Assembly (NCBI GenBank): GCA_964016885.1
Contig: CAXHJY010001508.1
Span: 1 to 26,626 of the forward strand
Direction: 5' to 3'
Source: Eledone cirrhosa
Taxonomy: Eukaryota
DNA length: 26,626 nt
A program made the position numbers and the translations under genes. Under the pieces are notes generated by a model. The model searched no databases. It was not told where the DNA came from and saw only the letters and a program-made list of their open reading frames with translations. Shown one piece after another: positions 1 to 12,782 of the stretch (the stretch's first letter is position 1; every line of letters starts with the position of its first letter).

Positions 1-346
1 TACTTTGGTTCGTGGTAACGTTCGCTGGCAAAGAACGGGAAAAAACGAATAATACGTCATTAATAGGAGCGGTGAAAAACAATTACGCGCAAAGACAAAA
101 GCACGTTTATGGTATAAAAGAGGTCGTAGACTAATGTTCTCTTAGGTGGTGCATAGAGACGTTCTCTGGCAATGAACGAAAATACGAAGATAATAAGTCA
201 TACGTGGAGCGTGGAGAACAATAGCACGCAAAGACAAACCCACGTAAATGGTATAGCAGAAATCGTAGACTAAAATTGTAACTAGGAGACCAAATGAATC
301 TCCGCTACAGAGTTAAGAACAAAGTAAATAAATACAATACAGAAGT
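1..346 (+). repeat. Unidentified dispersed repeat, copy A (runs off the window start), with an internal ~140 bp dimer
   Basis: 1-277 is the reverse complement of 15099-15374 (about 12 differences by manual alignment). Internal diverged units at ~19-134 and ~160-273 both end in GTAGACTAA. Ends in the TA array at ~347. Confidence 0.85.
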
Positions 347-374
347 AATATATATATATATATTATATATATAT

Positions 375-405
<31 letters not shown>

Positions 406-639
406 ATATATATATATATATTATATATATATATTATATATTTATATATATATATTATATATATATATTATATATTTATATATATATATTATATATATAT
501 ATTATATATTATATATATATATTATATATATATATTATATATATATATATTATATATATACATTATATTATATATATATTATATATATATATTATATATA
601 TATATATATATTATATATATATATATTATATATATATAT

Positions 640-705
<66 letters not shown>

Positions 706-876
706 ATATATTATATATATATATTATATATATATTATATATATATATATATATTATATATATATATTATATATTATATATATATATATATTATATATAT
801 TATATATATATATTATATATATATTATATATATATATTATATATATATTATATATATATATATTATATATATATAT

Positions 877-908
<32 letters not shown>

Positions 909-1457
909 ATATTATATATATATATTATATATATATATATTATATATATATTATATATATATATTATATATATATTATATATATCTATTATATATATATA
1001 TATTATATATATATTATATATATATATTATATATATATATTATATATATATATTATATATATATTATATATTATATATATATATTATATATATATTATAT
1101 ATATATATTATATATTATATATATATATTATATATATATATTTTATATTATATATATATATTATATATATATATTATATATATATATTTTATATTATATA
1201 TATATATTATATATATATATTATATATATATATTATATATATATATATTATATATATATATTATATATATATATTATATATATATATATTATATATATAT
1301 ATTATATATATTATATATATATATTATATATATATATATTATATATATATATTATATATATTATATATTATATATATTATATATATATATTATATATATA
1401 TATTATATATAAATATTATATATATATAAATATTATATATATATATATTATATATAT

Positions 1458-1488
<31 letters not shown>

Positions 1489-2414
1489 AATATTATATAT
1501 ATATAAATATTATATATATATATATATATTATATATATTATATATATATATATATATATTATATATAAATATTATATATATATAAATATTATATATATAT
1601 ATATTATATATATCTATTATATATATATTATATATATATATATATATTATATATATATATATTATATATATCTATTATATATATATATATTATATATATA
1701 TATATATATTATATATATATATTATATATATATATTATATATATATATATATCTATTATATATATATATATTATATATATATTATATATATATATATTAT
1801 TTATATATATATATTATATATATATATTATATATATATATTATATATTATATATATATATTATATATATATATTATATATATATATATATTATATATATA
1901 TATTATATATTATATATATATATTATATATATATATTATATATATATATATATTATATATATATAAATATATATATATATATTATATATATATATATATT
2001 ATATATATATATATTATATATATATATATATTATATATATATATATATTATATATATATATATTATATATATATATATTATTTATATATATTATATATAT
2101 ATATTATATATATATATATTATATATATATATATTATATATATATATATTATATATATATATATTATATATATATATTATATATATATATTATTTATATA
2201 TATATATATTATATATATATATTATATATATATATTATATATTATATATATATATTATATATATATATTATATATATATTATATATATATATTATATATA
2301 TACATTATATATTATATATATATATATTATATATATATATATATTATATATTATATATATATATTATATATTATATATATATATTATACATATATATATA
2401 TTATATATTATATA

Positions 2415-2469
<55 letters not shown>

Positions 2470-2665
2470 ATATATTATATATTATATATATATTATATAT
2501 ATAATATATTATATATATATGTTATATATATATATATTATATATATATTATATATTATATATATATATTATATATTATATATATATATATATATTATATA
2601 TATATATTATATATATATATTATATATTATATATTATATATATATATTATATATATATATATATT
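347..2665. repeat. Irregular (TA)n-derived satellite with mostly TT interruptions on the + strand
   Basis: Almost pure A/T; short (TA) runs broken by TT, e.g. TATATATTATATATATATTATA. Confidence 0.97.
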
Positions 2666-2703
2666 AGAAAGATTTGAATGGATACAGTTTAGTTGAAAGG
2701 AAT

Positions 2704-2820
2704 TTATTGACACGTGTTTCTATAACAGTTACATAACCTAAAACAGCTATCTACAAACTTTTAGTTATGCAGACATTCAATATTTCAATGTTATTATTTA
2801 CTGTCATTTCATCAGAATAA
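2704..2820 (-). ncRNA. Type I hammerhead ribozyme with enlarged stem II
   Basis: Minus strand: UUAUU-CUGAUGA-A-AUGACAGU...ACUGUUAU-A-GAAAC-ACGU-GUC-AAUAA. Stem I UUAUU/AAUAA, 8 bp stem II, minimal stem III with palindromic loop. Predicted GUC cleavage between 2709 and 2708. Confidence 0.8.
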
Positions 2821-3099
2821 TATTACTGAGGACCTATTTAGTTTTTATAGAGAATATTAGGAGGGAGGGGTGAAGTTGTTAGAAGAATAGTTGAAGGAGT
2901 GGTTTTTCGATAGCAGTGAGAATTCTTGGTGGCAGTGAGTAATTAGATTCCCATCTGTTGTTTTGACATTTTTTATAGAATATATTATTGGTTATTTTTC
3001 TAAATCTATAGAAGGATTAGAGATAGTAAAGATATGCGTGGTTGGTTTTGTGTTTGCACTTAACATTCAGACTTAAATTTTTCTTTCAAGTGTACGTAT

Positions 3100-3383
3100 T
3101 CTTTCACCCACGCATTCACACAAATATATTTGCACACCTCTACAAAATACATATACTCACAATTCACATATTCATACTTACATATATATACACATGCATA
3201 CACATATATATACACACATGTATTCATGTACATACATACGCGCTCATGTGTATACATTTTCATACTCAACTTATCTTTATATATACACACGTATAGACAC
3301 ACACATATATACATACACACTCTAGTCCATGTGTACACACATACACATACATACACATCCATATACACATACATACATACACA

Positions 3384-3435
<52 letters not shown>

Positions 3436-3592
3436 CATACATATACATATATACACATATATACATATACACACACACATATATATATATATAAGCACTT
3501 TAATACATGAATACACTTACATCTAACTATACACATCAAACATATATATATATTTACTTATTTATATACATTTTCACATATATATACATACT
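3100..3592. repeat. Degenerate (CA/TA)n microsatellite inside the PLE-1 3' UTR
   Basis: CATATATACACACAT-type low complexity; source of the spurious H/T/Y/I and C/V/Y/M ORFs. Confidence 0.85.
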
Positions 3593-3762
3593 TATGGACG
3601 TTTTTAGACACATTCATTATCGCATATTTGTACCTATTCTCATCAGCATATCTTTTCATTATTAGTATGGTAATTTAAGGTTATTAATATATGTTGAGAA
3701 GGGATTGTTTTTATATTTTTCTAACTAGATTAAGGTTTATATAGTTGGGGGATGTCCCTCTT

Positions 3763-5149
3763 TTATGTAATATTCCGCTTGTAGTGGGAAAAAAGGGTTT
3801 TAGTTCTGTGACGGCAGAATAATGTTCGTCCAATTCTGTTATTCAGCAGTTTCTTCTTGTGTGTGATTATGTAATAAATCTCAAGATTACACAATTTGCA
3901 GAAATTTTGGCTCCTGGAAAAGCTTTGGGTTTTAGCTAATTTTTCCCATTTTAGGGTAAACTTTTGATTGCTATCCCTGAGCGTCCAAGCTTTTTCTGCT
4001 AAAGTTGTTACATTTCTTTGGCTCTGGTGTTTTATTGAGTAAGAATGCCTATACAATCGAGATTTAAACGATGTTGCCGTTGATCCCACGTAATACCACT
4101 CGTTGCCTCCGGATTTAATGGTACACTTATAAACAATATTTTTTTCCAGGCAGTTATTGCCGAGGGGGCAGTTGTCAGGATAGGTGCAGTTACAGTTGTG
4201 TACGTTGGGTTTTCTCTGGAGTAGTATTGCGGACGAACTTAGGTGTGGTTTATTTATGTTCTGTAGTGTATTGTCTACTGTTTTTTTGGGGTTCTTTGTA
4301 CTTAAGTTCTTAGTGTTTTCGTTTAACCTTCTAGTATTGATCTTTTTTATGTGTTGTTCAAGGTTTAACGCTGTAGAGTATGACAGTCTTATAGTGGTAG
4401 GGTTTAGGATTTTGTGGTATTTGTGTGATGTGGGAAAATGTCTTTTAATTATTTTAAGAAGAGTACTGGTAAATTTGTACTAATGGAGCTATTGTATTCG
4501 GGGTTATACCATAAGTACTCTTTGCATCGCTTTCTATTAGTTTTGTTTGTTGGTTTACTGGTGTGCATACTATGGTAGTAAGTGTGGTTTGGTGTTGTGT
4601 TATTATATCTACCTATGTGGGATTTATTTTGGGTGTTTTGATTGTTCCCATCTATGTACTCTATTTTGTTGAGGTAGCCTGCTTTACTAAGGGCGTTATC
4701 GTAGTACTCGGCGTGTTCCTTAAATACTTGTATGTTAGAAGATAGACCCGAGATTCTAAGGGAAATATTTTTAGGGATAGATTTAATTATAGAGATGGGG
4801 TGGTTAGACCCAACATTTACGTATTTGAGATTTTCATTCAATTTATGAAACGGTTTAATCAAACCAGAGTTTAAATTGAGTGTGACATCCAGGAAGTTAA
4901 CTACTTTAAGGTTGTATTCATATGTTATAGTTAGTCCTATTTCGAGTAGTAGTTTTCTTATATCTTTGCGTAGTTTTTCTAGTTTTTGGTTATTAAGGTT
5001 TTTAGCTAGGAGGAGAACATCGTCGCGGTATATTCCGCCGTGGAGATTGCTGAATTTTTCCTGGAGTCTAAAGGCGATAAATAACCCCACAATATCAGTT
5101 ATTTCCGCCGAATCGTTAGAGCCCATTGTTATGTCAAAGTTAGAGGGTC
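3763..5149 (-). pseudogene. PLE-1 RT/GIY-YIG polyprotein remnant with two frameshifts
   Basis: FDITMGSNDSAE, YRDD, FLDVTL, WYNPEY. Frameshift at ~4450 into IIKRHFPTSHKYHKILN. Second shift at ~4210-4260 into CNCTYPDNCPLGNNCLEKNIVYKC..YYVGSTATSFKSRLYRH..CKLCNLE..LLN..CRH. Confidence 0.9.
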
Positions 5150-5902
5150 TATATATATATAATATATATATATAATATATAATATATATATATAATATAT
5201 ATATATAATATATAATATATATATATAATATATATATATAATATATATATATAATATATATATATATATATAATATATATATATATAATATATATATAAT
5301 ATATATATATGTGTGTAATATTTATATTACAACACAACGGAAAATACTGTATATATATATATTATATATATATGTTTTATATATATATTATATATATATA
5401 TCATATATCATATATATATATTATATATATATATTATATATATAATATATATATCTATTATATATATATATATTATATATATATTATATATATATATATT
5501 TTATATATATATATATATTATATATATATATTATATATATATATTATATATATATATTATATATTATATATATATATTATATATATATATTATATATTAT
5601 ATATATATATTATATATATATATTATATATATATATTATATATTATATATATATATTATATATATATATTTTATATATATATTATATATATATATTATAT
5701 ATTATATATATATATTATATATATATATTTCATATTATATATATATATTATATATATATATATATTATATATATATTATATATATATAAATATTATATAT
5801 ATAAAATATTATATATATAAATATTATATATATATATATTATATATATATATATTATATATATATATATATAAATATTATATATATATATATTATATATA
5901 TA

Positions 5903-5942
<40 letters not shown>

Positions 5943-5978
5943 TATATATATATAATACATATATATATATACTATATA

Positions 5979-6033
<55 letters not shown>

Positions 6034-6659
6034 TATATATATATATAATATATATATATATAATATATATATATATAATATATATATATATAATATTTAT
6101 ATATATATATAATATTTATATATATATATAATATATATATAATATATATATATATAATATTTATATATATATATAATATATATATATATAATATATATAT
6201 ATATATAATATATATATATAATATATATATATATGTAATATATATATATAATATAAAATATATATATATAATATATATATATAATATATATATATAATAT
6301 ATATATATAATATATATATATAATATATAATATATATATATAATATATATATATAATATATATATATAATATATATATATATATATAATATATATATATA
6401 TAATATATATATAATATATATATATATAATAGATATATATATTATATATATAATATATATATATAATATATATATATGATATATGATATATATATATAAT
6501 ATATATATATAATATATATATATGATATATGATATATATATATAATATATATATAAAACATATATATATAATATATATATATATATAATATATATATATA
6601 ATATATAATATATATATAATATTTATATATATATAATACATATATATATATATATATAC

Positions 6660-6706
<47 letters not shown>

Positions 6707-7653
6707 AATAATATATATATAATATATATATATATAATATTTATATATATATATAATATATATATAATATATATATATATATAATATATATATATATAAT
6801 ATTTATATATATATATAATATATATATATATAATATATATATATATATAATATATATATATAATATATATATATATATAATATATATATATATAATATTT
6901 ATATATATATATAATATATATATATATAATTATATATATATAATATATATATATTATATATATATATTATATATATATATATATTATATATATATATTAT
7001 ATATATATATTTTATATTATATATATATATTATATATATATATTATATATATATATTTTATATTATATATATATATTATATATATATATTATATATATAT
7101 ATATTATATATATATATAATATTTATATATATATATAATATATATATATATATAATATATATATAATATATATATATTATATATATATATTATATATATA
7201 TATTTTATATTATATATATATATTATATATATATATTATATATATATATATTATATATATATATTATATATATATATTATATATATATATTATATATATA
7301 TATTTTATATTATATATATATATTATATATATATATTATATATATATATTTTATATTATATATATATATTATATATATATATATTATATATATATATTAT
7401 ATATATATATTATATATATATATTATATATATATATATATTATATATATATATAAATATTATATATATATATATTATATATATATATATATTATATATAT
7501 ATATTATATATATATATATATATTATATATATATATATTATATATATATATAAATATTATATATATATATATTATATATATATATATATTATATATATAT
7601 TATATATATATATAAATATTATATATATATATATTATATATATATATATTATT

Positions 7654-7706
<53 letters not shown>

Positions 7707-7896
7707 GTATATATATATATATATGTATTATATATATATAAATATTATATATATATATATATTATATATATATATATATTATATATATATATATATTATA
7801 TATATATATATTATATATATATATATTATATATATATATATATTATATATATATATATTATATATATATATATATATTATATATATATATTATATA

Positions 7897-7941
<45 letters not shown>

Positions 7942-9005
7942 ATTATATATATATATTATATATATATATTATATATTATATATATATATTATATATATAT
8001 ATTATATATATATATTATATATATATACTATATATATATATTATATATATATATTATATATTATATATTATATATATATATTATATATTATATACATCTA
8101 TTATTTATATATATATATATTATATATATATATTATATATTATATACATCTATTATTTATATATATATATATTATATATATATATTATATATATATATTA
8201 TATATTATATATATATATTATATATATATATTATATATATATATTATATATATATATTATATATTATATATATATATTATATATATATATTATATATATA
8301 TATTATATATTATATATATACATTATATATTATATATATATATATATTATATATATATATTATATATTATATATATATATTATATATATATATATATTAT
8401 ATATATATATTATATATTATATATATATATTATATATATATATATATTATATATTATATATATATATATATATTATATATATATATATATATTATATATA
8501 TATATATTATATATTATATATATATTATATATATAATATATTATATATATATGTGATATATATATATATTATATATTATATATATATATATTATATATAT
8601 ATATTATATATATATATTATATATATATTATATATATTATATATTATATATATATATTATATATATATATTATATATATATGTTTTATATATATATTATA
8701 TATATATATTATATATATAATATATATATATAATATATATATATTATATATATATATTATATATATATATTATATATATAATATATATATATAATATATA
8801 TATATTATATATATATATATATATTTATATATTATATATATTATATATATATATATATATACATTTATATATTATATATATATATATATTATATATTATA
8901 TATATATATTATATATTTATATATATATATATATTTATATATTATATTTATATATATTATATATTATATATATTATATATATATATATATTATATATTAT
9001 ATATT

Positions 9006-9090
9006 ATCATCATCATCATCATTTTACGTCCGCTTTTCCCTGCTTGCAAGGGAAAAGTGGACGTAAAATGATGATGATGATGATGATGAT
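9006..9090. repeat. RTE 3'-end-derived palindrome, copy 1
   Basis: (ATC)n-ATTTTACGTCCGCTTTTCCCT-GCTTGCA-AGGGAAAAGTGGACGTAAAAT-(GAT)n; arms match the RTE terminus at 24468-24505. Confidence 0.93.
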
Positions 9091-10066
9091 AATATATATT
9101 ATATACATATTATATATATTATATATATATTATATATATTATATATATATTATATATATTATATATATATTATAATATATAATATATATATATTATATAT
9201 TATATATATATTATATATATATATATATCATATATATATATTATATATATATATATATTATATATATATATATTATATATTATATATATATATTATATAT
9301 TATATATATATTATATATATATTATATATTATATATTATATATTATATATATATATTATATATTATATATATATATTATATATTTTATATATATATTATA
9401 TATATATTTATATATATATTATATATATATTATATATTATATAATATATATATATTATATATTATATATATATATTATATATTATATATTATATAATATA
9501 TATATATTATATATATATATTATATATATATATATTATATATTATATATATATATTATATATATATTATATATTATATAATATATATATATTATATATAT
9601 ATATTATATATATATATATATTATATATTATATATATATATTATATATATATTATATATATATTATATATTATATATATATTATATATTATATATATATA
9701 TATATATTATATATATATATTATATATATATATTATATATATATATTATATATATATATTATATATATATATATTATATATATATATATAATATATATAT
9801 ATATATTATATATATATATATATTATATATATATATTATATATATATATTATATATTATATATATATATTATATATATATATTATATATATATATTATAT
9901 ATTATATATATATATTATATATATATATTATATGTTATATATATATATTATATATATATATTATATATATAATATATATATATAATATATATATATTATA
10001 TATATATATATTTATATATTATATATATTATATATTATATATATATTATATATTATATATATATAT

Positions 10067-10099
<33 letters not shown>

Positions 10100-10142
10100 A
10101 TATATTATATATATATATTATATATATATTATATATTATATA

Positions 10143-10182
<40 letters not shown>

Positions 10183-10217
10183 TATATATTTCTATATTAT
10201 ATATTATATATATATAT

Positions 10218-10248
<31 letters not shown>

Positions 10249-10325
10249 TATATATATATATATTATATATTATATATATATATATACTATATATATATTA
10301 TATATTATATATATATATTATGTAT

Positions 10326-10363
<38 letters not shown>

Positions 10364-10441
10364 ATTATATATTATATATATATATATATATATTATATAT
10401 TATATATATTATATATATATATATATTATATATTATATATT

Positions 10442-10526
10442 ATCATCATCATCATTTTACGTCCACTTTTCCCTGCTTGCAAGGGAAAAGCGGACGTAAA
10501 ATGATGATGATGATGATGATGATGAT
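10442..10526. repeat. RTE 3'-end-derived palindrome, copy 2
   Basis: Same structure; left arm has a G>A change (CGTCCACTT). Confidence 0.93.
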
Positions 10527-10793
10527 AATATATATTATATATATATTATATATATTATATATATATTATATATATTATATATATATTATAATATATAATA
10601 TATATATATTATATATTATATATATATTATATATATATATATATCATATATATATATTATATATATATATATATATTATATATATATATTATATATTATA
10701 TATATATTATATATATATTATATATTATATATATATATTATATATTATATATATATATATTATATATTATATATATATATTATATATATATAT

Positions 10794-10824
<31 letters not shown>

Positions 10825-11394
10825 ATATATTATATATTATATATATATATTATATATTATATATTATATAATATATATATATTATATATATATATTATAT
10901 ATATATATTATATATATATATATATTATATATTATATATATATATTATATATATATTATATATATATTATATATTATATATATATTATATATTATATATA
11001 TATATTATATATATATATATATTATATATATATATTATATATATATATTATATATATATATTTTATATATATATATATAATATATATATATATTATATAT
11101 ATATATATATTATATATATATATTATATACATATATTATATATTATATATATATATTATATACATATATTATATATATATATTATATATATATATTATAT
11201 ATATATATTATATATTATAAATATATATTATATATATATATTATATATTATATATATATATTATATATATATATTATATATATATATTATATATTATATT
11301 TATATATTATATATATATATTATATATTATAAATATATATTATATATTATATATTATATATTATATATATATATCATATATTATATATATATAT

Positions 11395-11429
<35 letters not shown>

Positions 11430-11482
11430 ATATTATACATATATATTATATATATATATTATATATATATTATATATTATAT

Positions 11483-11513
<31 letters not shown>

Positions 11514-11549
11514 TTATATATTATATATTTCTATATTATATATTATATA

Positions 11550-11604
<55 letters not shown>

Positions 11605-11746
11605 ATATTATATATTATATATATATATATATATACTATATATATATTATATATTATATATTATATATATATATTATATATTATATATATATATATATTA
11701 TATATTATATATATTATATATATATATATATTATATATTATATATT

Positions 11747-11828
11747 ATCATCATCATCATCATTTTACGTCCGCTTTTCCCTGCTTGCAAGGGAAAAGCG
11801 GACGTAAAATGATGATGATGATGATGAT
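11747..11828. repeat. RTE 3'-end-derived palindrome, copy 3 (perfect arms)
   Basis: Same structure with fully complementary arms around the 7 nt loop GCTTGCA. Confidence 0.93.
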
Positions 11829-12123
11829 AATAATATATATTATATATATATTATATATATTATATATATATTATATATATTATATATATATTATAATATA
11901 TAATATATATATATTATATATTATATATATATTATATATATATATATATATATCATATATATATATTATATATATATATATATTATATATATATATTATA
12001 TATTATATATATATATTATATATTATATATATCTTATATATATATTATATATTATATATATATATTATATATTATATATATTATATATTATATATATATA
12101 TATTATATATTATATATATATAT

Positions 12124-12156
<33 letters not shown>

Positions 12157-12508
12157 ATATATTATATAATATATATATATTATATATTATATATATATAT
12201 TATATATTATATAATATATATATATTATATATATATATATTATATATATATATATATATTATATATTATATATATATATTATATATATATTATATATTAT
12301 ATATATATTTTATATTATATATATATATTATATATATATATATATTCTATATATATATTATATATATATATTATATATATATATTATATATATATATTAT
12401 ATATATATATTATATATATATGTTATATATATATATTATATATTATATATATATATTATATATATATATTATATATATATATTATATATATATATTATAT
12501 ATATATAT

Positions 12509-12561
<53 letters not shown>

Positions 12562-12782
12562 ATTATATATATATATATTATATATTATATTTATATATTA
12601 TATATATATATTATATATTATAAATATATATTATATATTATATATTATATATATATATCATATATTATATATATATATTATATATATATATATATATTAT
12701 ATATATATATTATATATATATATTATATATATGTATATATATATATATATATTATACATTATATATATATATTATATATATA

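Larger units (their letters stand above)
2666..5150 (-). mobile_element. Penelope-like element 1 (PLE-1), 5'-truncated, intact 3' end, flanked by TA arrays
   Basis: RT and GIY-YIG coding remnants at 3763-5149, ~1.1 kb 3' UTR and a terminal hammerhead. Both ends abut TA repeats. Confidence 0.9.
5151..12782. repeat. Long irregular (TA)n-derived satellite with internal inversions and tandem duplications
   Basis: Near-pure A/T in alternating TT-type and AA-type blocks. Interrupted only by a 40 bp island (5311-5350) and three palindromes. Confidence 0.97.

Noticed and set aside
278-310. CTAG and hairpin as a Helitron 3' end
   Set aside because: The hairpin lies after the CTAG rather than before it, and the CTAG is not followed by T.
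2816-2860. Plus-strand CTGAGGA-CCTAT..ATAG-AGAAT as an antisense hammerhead
   Set aside because: GAAT instead of GAAA, mismatched stem II base, and no stem III or stem I closure.
3042-3539. H/T/Y/I and C/V/Y/M ORFs
   Set aside because: Translations of the CA/TA microsatellite.
3570-3650. Second CTGATGA on the minus strand (~3640-3646) as another hammerhead
   Set aside because: No stem II, or GAAA-stem III-NUH, could be paired downstream.
9006-11828. Spaced palindromic repeats as a CRISPR array or intrinsic terminators
   Set aside because: Spacers are 1.3 kb of AT satellite, there are no cas genes, the context is eukaryotic, and the repeats derive from an RTE 3' end.
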